A stretch of DNA of 64,000 nt, taken from contig CBDCXM010000009.1 of NCBI GenBank assembly GCA_965223855.1, positions 3,040,001-3,104,000 on the forward strand, read 5' to 3'. The DNA is from Candidatus Multivoradales bacterium (lineage in GTDB: Bacteria > Acidobacteriota > Thermoanaerobaculia > Multivoradales > JAHEKO01). Both the position numbers and the translations under genes were made by a program. The first letter of the stretch is position 1, and every line of letters begins with the position of its first letter. Under the pieces are notes generated by a model. It had not been told where the DNA came from and made no database searches. It saw only the letters and a list, made by a program, of their open reading frames with translations. This document shows, one piece after another, positions 47,418 through 58,447 of this stretch.

Positions 47418-48893
47418 GTGGTTCGATTGCTCCAGCCCACCGTCGCCAGAAACGGCCTTCTCAAGGCCGGCACACTCGCCATCGGCTGCTTCGAGGACCG
47501 GCCGGTGCCGATCGGCGCTCTCGAGCCCGCCGTCGGACGGCGCCTGCGCAAGGCGGCGCGAGGACGGGCGTGGCGTGCGAGTGCGGAGCGCCGTCTGGAG
47601 CTGCCGGTCGGTCCCAACGACCGCGTCCAGACCGTGCTCTACGGCCTGGGTCCTGCCGAAGACTTCGACCTGCACGGCCTCAACGGCTGGATCGATCGAC
47701 TGCGGCTCGACCTCGAGGCGACGGCGCCCTCGGAGTTGCTCTTCGCCGTGCCGCGTCACCGTGCCCTGCACTCGAAGGAGGGGGCGGAGACGGTGCTCAG
47801 GCGCCTCGCGCTGCTCGGCTACCGCTTCGACACCTTCCGCGAGACCCAGCCGGCCACGCTCAAGCGGGTCCGGGTACTGCCGCCTGCCGGTGCGGAGGCG
47901 GCCTATCGCGCAGCGAGGGCAGGGGCGCTTGCCGTTGCTCGCGGAACCGCGCTCGCCAGGGAGCTCGCCGACACGCCGCCCAATCGCGCCACCCCGGCCT
48001 GGATGGCCGCACGGGCGAGAAGCGTCGCCCGCGACCTCGGTGCCAGAGCCAGGGTGCTCGAGCCCAAGGAGCTCGGCCGCCTCGGGCTCCACGCCCTCCT
48101 GGCCGTAGGACGCGGCTCTTCCAACACGCCGCGTCTCGTGAGGCTCGAGCACGGCACACGAGGGCCGGTCGTCACCCTCGTCGGCAAGGGCATCACCTTC
48201 GACACAGGAGGCATCTCGCTCAAGCCGGGAGCCGCGATGGACGAGATGAAGTACGACAAGTCGGGCGCCTGCGCGGTACTGGGAGCGTTCGCCGCCGCCG
48301 TCGAGCTCGACCTGCCGCTGCGACTGCGCGCCTACCTCGCGCTGGCCGAGAACATGCCCGACGGAGCCTCCTACCGGCCAGGCGACATCATCCAGACGCG
48401 CTCCGGCAAGACGGTGGAGATCCTCAACACCGATGCCGAGGGGCGTCTCGTGCTCGCCGACGCCCTCGCCCTGGCCGCCGAGGAGGAGCCTTCGGCGATC
48501 GTCGAGCTGTCGACCCTTACCGGCGCCACCGTCGTCGCCCTCGGCCACCACGGTGCGGCGCTCTACTCACCGGACGACGGCCTGGCGCGCGACCTCCTGA
48601 CCGCGGCGGAGCAGGGCGCCGAGCGGCTCTGGCGGATGCCGTTGTGGCCTGAGTTCCGCGGTGAGATGAAGGGACGCCACGCCGACCTGAGGAACCTCGG
48701 GATCCGCTGGGGCGGCGCCAACTCGGCGGCCGCCTTCGTCGGCGAGTTCATGGGGGAGTGCAAGCGCTGGGCGCACCTCGACATCGCCGGAACGGCGTGG
48801 CGCCCGGCCGAAGCGGGACCCGATTTCGGCGCCACCGGATACGGCGTCGCCACGGTGACCCGCTGGCTGGTGAACGAGGCGGCGAAGGGTTAG
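47418..48893 (+). CDS. pepA: leucyl aminopeptidase (M17)
   Basis: GKGITFDTGG, MKYDKSG, NTDAEGRL and WAHLDIAG motifs. Confidence 0.95.
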   Translation: MVRLLQPTVARNGLLKAGTLAIGCFEDRPVPIGALEPAVGRRLRKAARGRAWRASAERRLELPVGPNDRVQTVLYGLGPAEDFDLHGLNGWIDRLRLDLEATAPSELLFAVPRHRALHSKEGAETVLRRLALLGYRFDTFRETQPATLKRVRVLPPAGAEAAYRAARAGALAVARGTALARELADTPPNRATPAWMAARARSVARDLGARARVLEPKELGRLGLHALLAVGRGSSNTPRLVRLEHGTRGPVVTLVGKGITFDTGGISLKPGAAMDEMKYDKSGACAVLGAFAAAVELDLPLRLRAYLALAENMPDGASYRPGDIIQTRSGKTVEILNTDAEGRLVLADALALAAEEEPSAIVELSTLTGATVVALGHHGAALYSPDDGLARDLLTAAEQGAERLWRMPLWPEFRGEMKGRHADLRNLGIRWGGANSAAAFVGEFMGECKRWAHLDIAGTAWRPAEAGPDFGATGYGVATVTRWLVNEAAKG

Positions 48894-49052
48894 AGTCCAT
48901 CGCGGTTGCGGCGCGGCCGCGGAACTTTCCCAGGGACTCTGCGTAAGAGGAGACAACCCGGTGAACACCGCCCTCGCGGCGTCCCGACCAGTCGGCACCG
49001 GCGATCTCCACCATCCCGACATCACGCTGTGTTGAACACGAGGCCTTCTCTC

Positions 49053-50684
49053 ATGAGCGATCGTCCCAGCACCCTTCCACCCCTGAATCTCTGGCTCGTC
49101 GCCATCGCCGTCCTGCTGACGGCCGGTACTCCCGGCATCGTCGCTCAGGTCGAGGTTTCGGCAGCGATTCCGACCGCCGACACCGAGCTCCCGGTCGCGG
49201 TGGCGGACGGCGAACTGCCGCTGACCATCGAGGACGCGATTCAGATCGCTCTCGGGCAGAACCTCGGCCTCATCGTCCAGCGCTACAACCAGGAGGAGAG
49301 TCGCCTCAACCTCGCTCAGTCGATGGGCATCTACGACCTGATGACGACCGCCTTCCTGTCCTCGTCCGACGAGACGACTCCCTCAGCGAGCAACCTCGAC
49401 GGTGCCGACATTCAGACGAGCAACAGGCAAGGGTGGAACTTCGGCCTCGACCAGCTCGTCAAGACGGGCGCCACGTTCTCCCTCGACTTCAACAATTCGC
49501 GGCGCGAGACCAACTCGACCTTCTCGACCCTCAATCCGGCGTACAGCACCGACTTCGATCTTTCGCTCACCCAGCCGCTGCTCAGAGGGCTCGGACAGCG
49601 CAACACCGAGCGCAACATCCTGCTGGCTCGGACCAACCTCGAGATCTCGAGAGAGCAGTTCGAGCAGCAGGTCAACTCGACCATTCAGCAGGTGGTCGAC
49701 GCCTACTGGCTGCTGGTCGGCAACCGCAACCAGTTGACCGTCGCCGAGCGCAGCCTCGCGCTGGCCGAACAGCTCCACGAGCAGAACCAGGTGCGGGTCG
49801 AGGTCGGAACGCTGGCGCCGCTCGAGCTGGTCCAGAGCGAAGCCGGAATCGCCACCCGCAAGGAAGAGATCATCCTCGCCCGGGCGGCGGCCGAAGACGC
49901 GCAGGACACCCTGCGGCAGTTGCTCAACCTGGACCGGTCGTCCTTGTGGGACGTGACGATCGCCACGACGACCTCGGGGGAAACCGAGCGCCCGACGGTC
50001 GATCTCGACGAGGCGATCTCAACCGCGCTCGCCGAGCGCCCGGACGTCGTGCAGCAGCGCCTGACCCTCGACAACCTCGAGCTCGACGTCGGCTACTTCT
50101 CCAACCAGCAGCTCCCGCAGCTCGACTTCACCGCCACCTACGGCTACAACGGCCTCGGCGGTCCGGTGACCGAACGCGACTTCTTCACCGGTCAGATCCT
50201 CTTCCAGGCGCCGGGCGACTACGGTGACGCGCTCTCCCAGATCACGGACGGGGAGTTCGCCGGCTGGAACGTCGGTCTGAACTTCGCCTACCCGCTGCAG
50301 AACCGGGCGGCGGAGGCGCAGACTGCGAAGGCGGAAGTGGCCCTCGAGCGTGGTCAGGCACGGATGCGCGACCTCGAGCTCGCGGTGATCACCGAGGTTC
50401 GCAAGGCGGCTCGCGCCCTCGACACGGCAGCGCAGGCGATCGACTCGGCAAGGGTCTCGCTGCGGCTCGCCGAGCGCAATCTCGAGGCCGAGCAGAAGCG
50501 CTACGACAACGGGCTGTCGACGAGCTATCGCGTGCTCGAGATTCAGCGCGACCTGACGAACGCTCAGAGCCGAGAGGTCGCGGCCAGTACCGGCTACCGG
50601 AGAGCGCTGGCATCCTTCTACCGTTCGACGGGCACGCTGGCCGAGCAGAGCGGCGTCTCCATCTCGCACCCGGAAGGCGAATAG
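49053..50684 (+). CDS. TolC family outer-membrane efflux protein
   Basis: Signal peptide, two OEP-like helical repeats, first gene of the exporter operon. Confidence 0.9.
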   Translation: MSDRPSTLPPLNLWLVAIAVLLTAGTPGIVAQVEVSAAIPTADTELPVAVADGELPLTIEDAIQIALGQNLGLIVQRYNQEESRLNLAQSMGIYDLMTTAFLSSSDETTPSASNLDGADIQTSNRQGWNFGLDQLVKTGATFSLDFNNSRRETNSTFSTLNPAYSTDFDLSLTQPLLRGLGQRNTERNILLARTNLEISREQFEQQVNSTIQQVVDAYWLLVGNRNQLTVAERSLALAEQLHEQNQVRVEVGTLAPLELVQSEAGIATRKEEIILARAAAEDAQDTLRQLLNLDRSSLWDVTIATTTSGETERPTVDLDEAISTALAERPDVVQQRLTLDNLELDVGYFSNQQLPQLDFTATYGYNGLGGPVTERDFFTGQILFQAPGDYGDALSQITDGEFAGWNVGLNFAYPLQNRAAEAQTAKAEVALERGQARMRDLELAVITEVRKAARALDTAAQAIDSARVSLRLAERNLEAEQKRYDNGLSTSYRVLEIQRDLTNAQSREVAASTGYRRALASFYRSTGTLAEQSGVSISHPEGE

Positions 50685-50734
50685 ACTGGCGAGCGGCCCC
50701 GTAGGCCGCAAGGCAGGACAACAGAGGAGGGAAC

Positions 50735-51439
50735 GTGATGGATTCGGGAATCGGTCGTGTCGTAGGAGTCCTCACCTCACCGGGCCGCGCCTTCGAGTCG
50801 CTCAGGGAGCGACCCGCCTGGGTGCTGCCGCTGGTGCTGCTGATCGTCGCCGGGCTGGCGAGTTACACCATGATCAGCGGCAAGCTCGACTTCGAGGACG
50901 TCGTCCGCGAGTCCATTCTGCGCAGCAAGCCGGACGCCGCAGAAGACGAGATCCAGCAGGCGATCGACGTCTACGAGAAGGTCGGCAAGCCGGTCAGCTA
51001 CGTCTTCCTGCTCGTCGGCACGCCGATCTTCCTGTTGCTGGGAGCCCTCGGTGTTCATGTCGCCGGCCGCCTCGTGGCGGGGGAGGCGACCTTCCGCCAG
51101 ACGTGGGCGGTCTTCACCCATGCCCAGATGCCTCAGGTCGTGGCGGCGCTGCTGTCGTTGCCGAAGATCCTGACGACGGACGAGTTCGACTACGAGAGCG
51201 TGCAGACGGGTAGCGTCCTCCCCTCCAATCTCGGCATCTTCGCGCCGGAGGAGGTGGGCGCCGGCATGCTCTCGCTCTTGTCGAGCATCGACGTCTTCAG
51301 CCTGTGGACCGTAGCCCTGCTCGCGATCGGCTGCGCGGTCGTCGGCCGGATCAAGACCGGCACCGCGGCCACGGCCGTCGGTGTCCTGTGGCTGCTCTAC
51401 ATCGGCGGCAAGGCCGGCTGGGCGGCGCTCTTCGGCTGA
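50735..51439 (+). CDS. Yip1 family membrane protein
   Basis: SPGRAFESL..RPAW motif and several transmembrane helices. Confidence 0.8.
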   Translation: MMDSGIGRVVGVLTSPGRAFESLRERPAWVLPLVLLIVAGLASYTMISGKLDFEDVVRESILRSKPDAAEDEIQQAIDVYEKVGKPVSYVFLLVGTPIFLLLGALGVHVAGRLVAGEATFRQTWAVFTHAQMPQVVAALLSLPKILTTDEFDYESVQTGSVLPSNLGIFAPEEVGAGMLSLLSSIDVFSLWTVALLAIGCAVVGRIKTGTAATAVGVLWLLYIGGKAGWAALFG

Positions 51440-51458
51440 TCTCAGGGAGACTGCAACC

Positions 51459-52682
51459 GTGAAACGGATATGGATCGGCGCCATCGTCGTGCTGGTGCTC
51501 GGCGCGATCGTCGTCGGCAGCCTGCTCGGCGGCAGTCGCGAGAAGGGCGCGCGGGTCTACGTCGAAGCGGCGGAGCGCCGCGACATCGCGCGCGTGGTCA
51601 AGGCGACCGGCGAGATCGACCCGCGAGTCAAGGTCAATCTCTCCGCCCACGTGATCGGCAAGATCGAGCATCTCCATGTCGAGGAAGGACAGAGCATCGA
51701 GGCGGGGCAGCCGGTCCTGCAACTCGAGCGCGAGGCGTTCCAGGCGACCCGCGACCGCGCCGCCGCCGAGCTCGAGATCGCCCGCTCCCGCGCCCGGCAG
51801 GCCGACATCAACGTCGAGGACGCGGCGATCCAGCTCCGCCGCACCGAGCGCCTGCGGGGCGAGCAGATCGCCTCCGACTCCGATCTCGAGGCGTCGCAGC
51901 TGCGCCACCGCTCGCAGGAGCTGGCCGCCGAGCAGGCTCGCGAGGCGGTGCTCCAGGCGAAGGCGTCGCTAGACAAGGCCGAGGACGACCTCTACAAGAC
52001 GACGATCTACGCGCCGCTGACGGGGCGCGTCACCGCGCTCAATGCAGAGGAAGGGGAGGTGGTCGTCTCGGGGACCATGAACAACCCCGGTTCGGTGATC
52101 GGCACGATCTCGGACCTTTCGGAGATCCTCGCCGAGGTCGACGTCGACGAAACCGAGGTCGCCTTGCTCGAGGTCGGGCAGCAGGCCACGGTGCATGTAG
52201 AGGCGCTGCTCGACCGCGAGTTCAGCGGTCGGGTGGTGGAGATCGGCAGCTCCGGATTTCAGCGCGCCGGCAATCCCGACGTCACCTTCTTCAAGGCCAA
52301 GGTCCTTCTCGACGCCCCGGACGCGACCCTGCGGCCGGGCATGTCGACTCGGGTGGAGATCGTCACCGCCGAGTCGGCGAACGCGCTTGTCGTGCCCGTC
52401 CAGTCGGTCGTCGAGCGCCATCCGCTCGGTGAGGACGGCGAAGCGGACGACGACGCGGAAGAGGTCGATGTCGTGTTCGTCGTCGAGGACGCCCGCAGCG
52501 TCCAGCGGCCGGTCGAGACCGGGCTCGCCGACATCACCCACATCGAGGTGCTCTCGGGTCTCGAGGAGGGCGACTCGGTCGTCATGGGCCCCTACCGGTC
52601 GCTCAAGGACCTCGAGCACGACGAACCGGTACGCGTGCGCAGTCGCGCCGACGAGGATGGGGACGACTCCGAGGACGACTGA
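51459..52682 (+). CDS. MacA-like periplasmic adaptor subunit
   Basis: TM anchor, VEEGQ, IYAPLTG and LRPGMS motifs. Confidence 0.9.
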   Translation: MKRIWIGAIVVLVLGAIVVGSLLGGSREKGARVYVEAAERRDIARVVKATGEIDPRVKVNLSAHVIGKIEHLHVEEGQSIEAGQPVLQLEREAFQATRDRAAAELEIARSRARQADINVEDAAIQLRRTERLRGEQIASDSDLEASQLRHRSQELAAEQAREAVLQAKASLDKAEDDLYKTTIYAPLTGRVTALNAEEGEVVVSGTMNNPGSVIGTISDLSEILAEVDVDETEVALLEVGQQATVHVEALLDREFSGRVVEIGSSGFQRAGNPDVTFFKAKVLLDAPDATLRPGMSTRVEIVTAESANALVVPVQSVVERHPLGEDGEADDDAEEVDVVFVVEDARSVQRPVETGLADITHIEVLSGLEEGDSVVMGPYRSLKDLEHDEPVRVRSRADEDGDDSEDD

Positions 52683-53390
52683 GTGGCGCTGATCGAGCTC
52701 CGCGGGATCCGCAAGATCTACGAGGTGGGGGCCGAGCTCGTCCACGCCCTCGACGGCGTCGATCTCGACCTCGCACGCGGCGAGTACGTCGCCATCATGG
52801 GCGCGTCCGGCAGCGGCAAGTCGACGCTCATGAACGTGATTGGCTGCCTCGACCGGCCGTCGGAGGGGACCTACGTCCTCAACGGCAACGCGGTCGAGGA
52901 GTTGAGCGAGGACGAGCTCGCGACCGTGCGCAACCGGGAGATCGGTTTCGTGTTCCAGACCTTCAACCTCCTGGCCCGGACGACGGCGCTGGCCAACGTC
53001 GAGCTGCCGCTGACCTACGCCGGCGTGTCGCGCAAGGAGCGCCGCGAGCGGGCGCAGACGGCGCTCGAACGGGTCGGTCTCGGCGACCGGATGCTGCACC
53101 TCACGAACGAGCTCTCCGGTGGCCAGCGCCAGCGGGTCGCGGTCGCCCGGGCGCTCGTCAACGGTCCGTCGATCCTGCTCGCCGACGAGCCGACGGGCAA
53201 CCTCGACAGCGCGACCTCGCACGAGATCATGGAGCTCTTCGACGCGCTGCACTCCGCCGGCAACACGGTGATCCTCGTCACCCACGAGGACGACATCGCC
53301 GCCCACGCGCTCCGGCGGATCGTGCTGCGCGACGGCAGGATCGTGAGTGACGTAGCCACGACGAAGGTCGGCGCAGGAGCGCGGACATGA
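52683..53390 (+). CDS. ABC transporter ATP-binding protein (MacB/LolD type)
   Basis: [17 protein letters not shown] and ADEPTGNLD motifs. Confidence 0.95.
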   Translation: MALIELRGIRKIYEVGAELVHALDGVDLDLARGEYVAIMGASGSGKSTLMNVIGCLDRPSEGTYVLNGNAVEELSEDELATVRNREIGFVFQTFNLLARTTALANVELPLTYAGVSRKERRERAQTALERVGLGDRMLHLTNELSGGQRQRVAVARALVNGPSILLADEPTGNLDSATSHEIMELFDALHSAGNTVILVTHEDDIAAHALRRIVLRDGRIVSDVATTKVGAGART

Positions 53391-54607
53391 TCTTCACCGA
53401 GAACTTTCGCATCGCCCTGCGCGCCCTGTGGGCGAACAAGATGCGTTCGGTGCTCACCACCCTCGGCATCATCATCGGCGTCGCCGGGGTGATCGCGGTG
53501 GTGTCGATCGTCCAGGGGCTGCAGGCGCTGATTACCAATCAGGTCGCCGGCCTCGGCGCCAACTTCATGATCATCCAGCCGCGGCAGCAGGCGTTCTCAG
53601 GGCCGGGCATGGTGCAGAAGCCGGTGCGACTGACCTGGGAGGACGGACAGGCGATCCGCGACACGATCGCCGGCATCGACATGATCACGCCGCAGATGTT
53701 CGGCGCCAGCCAGGCGAAGTACAAGGAGCGGGTGCACAACACCTTCATCATCGGCGTCAATCAGGACTGGCCGGAGGTGCACGACTTCTCGGTCGACAGC
53801 GGCCGGTTCTTCAACAAGATCGACCTCGACACACGGCAGAAGGTCGCGGTGCTGGGGCTCGACGTGATCGACGAGCTGAGGCTCGACGACCCGGTCGGCA
53901 AGGAGATCACCCTCGGCACCCTGCCGGTGACGATCGTCGGCGTGATGGAGGAGAAGGGGCAGTCGCTCGGCCAGAACCTCGACGACCTGGTGTTCGTGCC
54001 GTTCGACACCGCCCTCGGCGTCTTCGGCCGCCGCGCGGCCGAGCAGGTGCAGCTGCGCCTGCGCACCACCTCGACCGACAACGTCGATCAGGTGCGCGAG
54101 GAGATCCGGCAGCTGCTGCGCAATCGCCACAAGATCGTCGGCGACGACCCGGACGACTTCCAGATCGTCGTCCAGGACGAGATCCTGGAGCAGACCAACG
54201 CCCTGCTGGGCGGCGTCACCGCGGTCGTCGGCGGCGTCGTCTCGATCGCACTGATCGTCGGCGGCATCGGCATCATGAACATCATGCTCGTGTCCGTGAC
54301 GGAGAGGACGCGCGAGATCGGCATCCGCAAGTCGGTCGGCGCGCGGCGCCAGGACATCCTGCTGCAGTTCCTGATCGAGGCGGTGACGCTGTCGCTGCTG
54401 GGAGGGGCGATCGGTCTTCTGCTCGGTTTCGGCATTGGAAGAGGCGCTACCGCGCTCATCCCCGGGGATCTGCCGCCGGCCGTCGTCCCGTTGTGGGCGA
54501 TCCTGCTTTCGTTCGGCTTCTCGACCGCGGTCGGGGTGGTGTTCGGCATCTACCCGGCGAGCAAGGCGGCGCGGCTCGATCCGATCGAAGCGCTGCGCTA
54601 CGAGTAG
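53387..54607 (+). CDS. ABC transporter permease (MacB/FtsX type)
   Basis: [33 protein letters not shown] and DPIEALRYE motifs. Confidence 0.95.
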   Translation: MIFTENFRIALRALWANKMRSVLTTLGIIIGVAGVIAVVSIVQGLQALITNQVAGLGANFMIIQPRQQAFSGPGMVQKPVRLTWEDGQAIRDTIAGIDMITPQMFGASQAKYKERVHNTFIIGVNQDWPEVHDFSVDSGRFFNKIDLDTRQKVAVLGLDVIDELRLDDPVGKEITLGTLPVTIVGVMEEKGQSLGQNLDDLVFVPFDTALGVFGRRAAEQVQLRLRTTSTDNVDQVREEIRQLLRNRHKIVGDDPDDFQIVVQDEILEQTNALLGGVTAVVGGVVSIALIVGGIGIMNIMLVSVTERTREIGIRKSVGARRQDILLQFLIEAVTLSLLGGAIGLLLGFGIGRGATALIPGDLPPAVVPLWAILLSFGFSTAVGVVFGIYPASKAARLDPIEALRYE

Positions 54608-54624
54608 CCCGGCAGCGGCGCCAC

Positions 54625-55815
54625 TCAGCCGAAGTCGCGCAGCATCCGCCTGGCGAGGGCGATCTTGTGGACCTCGTCCGGGCCGTCGTAGATCCGCGCC
54701 GCACGCTCTTCGCGAAAGAACCAGGCGATCGGCGTGTCGTCCGACATGCCGAGCGAACCGTGGACCTGGAGGGCACGGTCGAGCACCCGGCCGAGCATCG
54801 CGGCGACGTGGAACTTGATCGCCGAGATCTCGCCCCGCGCCGCCCGCCAACCGTCGCGCTCGATCCGCCAGGCGGTGGCGAGGGTCATCCAGCGCGACGC
54901 CAGCCGGTCCGCCTCGCACTCGGCGATCCAGGCGCGGACGATGTCCCTGTCGCCCAGCACCTCGCCCTCGGCGATCCGCCGTGTCGCCGCCCGCTCGCAC
55001 ATCAGATCGAGCACCCGGCGGGCGATGCCGAGCCAGCGCATGCAGTGGTGGATCCGTCCCGGTCCGAGGCGATCCTGGGCCAGCTGGAAGCCGGCACTCT
55101 CTTCGCCGATGCGGTGGTTGAGCGGCACCCGGCACTGCCGGTAGCGGATCTCGGAGTGACTCGCCCAGCCGTCGCCGGCGTGCCCCATCACCGGGATGTT
55201 GCGCACGATCTCGAAGCCCGGCGTGCCGGTCGGCACGATCAGCATCGAGGCACGCCGGTGAGGGGCCGCGTCGGGATCGGTGACCGCCATCACCACCGCG
55301 AACGCGGCGCCGTCGGCAGCGGTGGTGTACCACTTCTCGCCGTTGATGACGTAGCCGTTACCGTCACGCTCGGCCGTCGTCGCAAGATCGACCGGGTTCG
55401 AGCCCGGCCGCTCGCGCTCTGTCATCGAGAAGCAGCTCCGCAGTTCGCCGGCGGCCAGCGGTCGCAGCCAGCGCTCCTTCTGCTCGCCGCTGCCGTGCTC
55501 CCACAGCAGCTCGAGGTTGCCGGCGTCGGGCGCCTGAGCGCCGACCGCGTAGTGGCCGAGCGGACTCGCGCCGACGACCTCGGAAACGAGCGCGTAGTCG
55601 ACCAGCCCGAGCCCCAGGCCGCCCAGTTCCTCGGGGATCTGCGGCCCCCAGAGGCCGAGCGACCGCGCCGCGGCGCGCGCCTCCTCGAGGGCAGACTCGG
55701 CGGCGGTGAAGGAGCGCCCGAGGGTGGTCGCTTCGAGCGGCAGCACGTGCCGCTCCAGGAACTCGCCGTAGCGGGTCAGCAGATCCTCGGTGGTCGCTGA
55801 GAGGCCGAAGTCCAT
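54625..55815 (-). CDS. acyl-CoA dehydrogenase
   Basis: APDAGN, FSMTE, RLGPGRIHHCMR and RIYDGPDEVH motifs. Confidence 0.94.
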   Translation of the reverse strand: MDFGLSATTEDLLTRYGEFLERHVLPLEATTLGRSFTAAESALEEARAAARSLGLWGPQIPEELGGLGLGLVDYALVSEVVGASPLGHYAVGAQAPDAGNLELLWEHGSGEQKERWLRPLAAGELRSCFSMTERERPGSNPVDLATTAERDGNGYVINGEKWYTTAADGAAFAVVMAVTDPDAAPHRRASMLIVPTGTPGFEIVRNIPVMGHAGDGWASHSEIRYRQCRVPLNHRIGEESAGFQLAQDRLGPGRIHHCMRWLGIARRVLDLMCERAATRRIAEGEVLGDRDIVRAWIAECEADRLASRWMTLATAWRIERDGWRAARGEISAIKFHVAAMLGRVLDRALQVHGSLGMSDDTPIAWFFREERAARIYDGPDEVHKIALARRMLRDFG

Positions 55816-55881
55816 CAGCGGGATCTTACGGCAGAGCTCGTCGGGGCGAGACGCTCGGGTCCGCGCCTGTATGCTCGCCTC

Positions 55882-56964
55882 ATGTCCTCTGTCGATCGTC
55901 CGACCGCGCCAAGGGCCGGTGAAGCTCTCGACGCAGAGGCACTCGGCGCCTACCTCGAGGCGACGCTGGGCGGAGCCTCGGAGCCACCCGTCGTGCGTCA
56001 GTTCCCCTCGGGTTTCTCCAACCTCACCTATGCGGTGCGATGGGGCGAGCACGACCTGGTTCTGCGACGGCCGCCGGTCGGATCGAAGGTCGCCTCCGCT
56101 CACGACATGGCGCGCGAGTACCGCATCCTCTCGGCGCTCGCCCCCGTCTACCCGAAGGCGCCGCGACCGATCGCACTGTGCGACGACCCGGCGGTCCTGG
56201 GCGCCACCTTCTACCTGATGGAGCGGCGCCGCGGAGTGATCCTGCGCGGTGCGATGACCGGCACGGGTACTCCGGCCCCGGAGTCCATGCAGGCGGCCGC
56301 ACGCGGCTGGCTCGACACTCTCGTCGACCTCCACGCCCTCGACCCCGAGGCCCTCGGCCTCGCCGACCTCGACCGCGGCGACGGCTACGTTGAGCGCCAG
56401 ATCGGCGGGTGGACGCGGCGCTGGGAGGGATCGCGGCTCGACGGGCAGGACGAACCACGGGTCGACGAGGTCGCAGCCTGGCTCGGCGCCAACCTGCCGC
56501 CGGAAGCGGCCCATCGCCTGGTGCACAACGACTTCAAGTACGACAACGTCGTCTACGACCCCGAAGATCCGGGGCGGGTGACCGCCGTGCTCGACTGGGA
56601 GATGGCGACGATCGGTGACCCGTGGATGGATCTCGGCACCTCGCTCGGCTACTGGGTCGATCCGGACGACGATCCCGCGTTGCTGGCGCTGGCGCTCAGC
56701 CCGACCGCGCTGCCGGGCAACCCGAGCCGACTCGAAATCGCGCGCAGCTACGAGGAGGCGAGGGGAGAGGAGTGCCCGGCGCTCGTCTTCCACTTTGTCT
56801 ACGGCCTCTTCAAGATCGCCGTCATCGTGCAGCAGATCTTCTTCCGCTATCGTCGCGGCCTGACCCGCGACCCGCGGTTCGCGAAGCTCGACCTGGCGGT
56901 CGCCGCACTCGGCCGCACCGCCGGCCACGCGATCGACCGCGGCCGCATCGATCGACTCCACTGA
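55882..56964 (+). CDS. APH-like phosphotransferase (ACAD10/11 N-terminal type)
   Basis: GFSNLTY, AHDMARE, HNDFKYDN and LDWEMATIGDP motifs. Confidence 0.92.
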   Translation: MSSVDRPTAPRAGEALDAEALGAYLEATLGGASEPPVVRQFPSGFSNLTYAVRWGEHDLVLRRPPVGSKVASAHDMAREYRILSALAPVYPKAPRPIALCDDPAVLGATFYLMERRRGVILRGAMTGTGTPAPESMQAAARGWLDTLVDLHALDPEALGLADLDRGDGYVERQIGGWTRRWEGSRLDGQDEPRVDEVAAWLGANLPPEAAHRLVHNDFKYDNVVYDPEDPGRVTAVLDWEMATIGDPWMDLGTSLGYWVDPDDDPALLALALSPTALPGNPSRLEIARSYEEARGEECPALVFHFVYGLFKIAVIVQQIFFRYRRGLTRDPRFAKLDLAVAALGRTAGHAIDRGRIDRLH

Positions 56965-57008
56965 AGCGCCCACTGATGGAAGCTGAGAGCGAGGAAGGCC
57001 GGACCACC

Positions 57009-57497
57009 ATGCAGACCGTCACCATCGAAGAGCTCCGCGCCCTCGTCGGAGCCGAGGCCGAGCTCGGACCGTGGCTCGAGATCGATCAGGCTCGGGTCGA
57101 TCGCTTCGCCGACGCGACCGACGACCACCAGTTCATCCACGTCGATCCGGAGAAGGCGGCGGCGACCCCGTTCGGCGGCACGATCGCCCACGGGTTTCTC
57201 ACCCTCTCACTGGTGCCGCACCTCGTCGCCCCGATCACCCGGGTGCCGGAGCGGCTCGAGATGGGAATCAACTACGGCCTCGAGAAGGTGCGCTTCGTCC
57301 AGCCGGTGCCGGTCGGCAGCCGCATCCGCGCGGCGGCGAAGCTGCTCGACGTCTCCGCAAAGGGCCCGGGGCGGATCCTCGTCCGCAGCGAAGTCGAGGT
57401 CGAGATCGACGGCGAGCGCCGGCCGGCGATGATCGCCGAGGCACTCACCCTCTTCATCGTCCGCCCTCAGCAAGGCGACACGGAGGCAACCTCATGA
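57009..57497 (+). CDS. MaoC family dehydratase
   Basis: FADATDDHQFIHVD and TIAHGFLTLS motifs. Confidence 0.92.
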   Translation: MQTVTIEELRALVGAEAELGPWLEIDQARVDRFADATDDHQFIHVDPEKAAATPFGGTIAHGFLTLSLVPHLVAPITRVPERLEMGINYGLEKVRFVQPVPVGSRIRAAAKLLDVSAKGPGRILVRSEVEVEIDGERRPAMIAEALTLFIVRPQQGDTEATS

Positions 57498-58414
57498 CCC
57501 TCGATCTTTCCGGACAGGTCGCGATCGTCACCGGCGCCGGCCACGGGCTCGGGCGCTCGCACGCCCTCGGGCTGGCGGCACACGGTGCGCGGGTGGTCGT
57601 CAACGACTTCGGCGGTGCGCGCGACGGCACAGGCGGCTCGTCAGCGGCTGCCGAGCGGGTCGCCGCGGAGATCGAGCAGGCCGGCGGACAGGCGCTCGCC
57701 AACGACGCCGACGTCACCGAACTCGCCGAGGTCGAGGCGATGGCGGCAGCGGCGCTCGAGTGCTGGGGCCGGATCGACATCCTCGTCAACAACGCCGGCA
57801 TCCTGCGCGACAAGACGTTCGCCAAGGTGACGATGGAAGACTTCTGGAAGGTGGTCGACGTCCACTTCCGCGGCAGCGTCCATTGCACCCGCGCCGTCTG
57901 GGCGTCGATGTGCGAGGCGGGCTACGGCCGGGTCGTGATGACGACATCCTCGACCGGGCTGTTCGGCAACTTCGGTCAGGCCTCCTACGGCGCCGCGAAG
58001 ATGGCGGTCGTCGGCTTGATGAACACGCTGGCGCTCGAAGGGGCGAAGTACGACGTCAGGATCAACACCCTGGCTCCGTGCGCCGCCACCCGCATGACCG
58101 AGGACCTGCTGCCACAGCCGGTGCTCGATCTCATCGCCCCCGAAAAAGTCACCGCCGGCCTGCTCCACCTGGTCGGCCCCGATGCGCCGACCCGGACCAT
58201 CCTCTCTGCCGGGGCCGGCGTCTTCAGCCGGGTCCAGATCCGCGAGTCGCCGGGTGTCTTCCTGGCGGGCGACGACTGCTCGGCCGAAGGGGTCGCCGAG
58301 CACTGGGAGGCGATTGCCGGCGGCGAGCCGGTGGAGGAGCCGGCCAACGGCCCCGCGGAGACCCGTCTGCTGCTCGAAACCGCAGCGCGGCAGCTCGGCA
58401 TCGACTTCGGCTAG
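57494..58414 (+). CDS. SDR oxidoreductase (3-hydroxyacyl-CoA dehydrogenase, MFE-2 type)
   Basis: TGAGHGLG, NNAGILRD and YGAAK motifs. Confidence 0.93.
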   Translation: MTLDLSGQVAIVTGAGHGLGRSHALGLAAHGARVVVNDFGGARDGTGGSSAAAERVAAEIEQAGGQALANDADVTELAEVEAMAAAALECWGRIDILVNNAGILRDKTFAKVTMEDFWKVVDVHFRGSVHCTRAVWASMCEAGYGRVVMTTSSTGLFGNFGQASYGAAKMAVVGLMNTLALEGAKYDVRINTLAPCAATRMTEDLLPQPVLDLIAPEKVTAGLLHLVGPDAPTRTILSAGAGVFSRVQIRESPGVFLAGDDCSAEGVAEHWEAIAGGEPVEEPANGPAETRLLLETAARQLGIDFG

Positions 58415-58447
58415 GGCCGTTCCCGCGCCCGGCTCGTCGGCACCCGG

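Noticed and set aside
54625-56973. 782-aa acyl-CoA dehydrogenase fusion
   Set aside because: The N-terminal half is antisense to the phosphotransferase gene; the real CDS starts at 55815.
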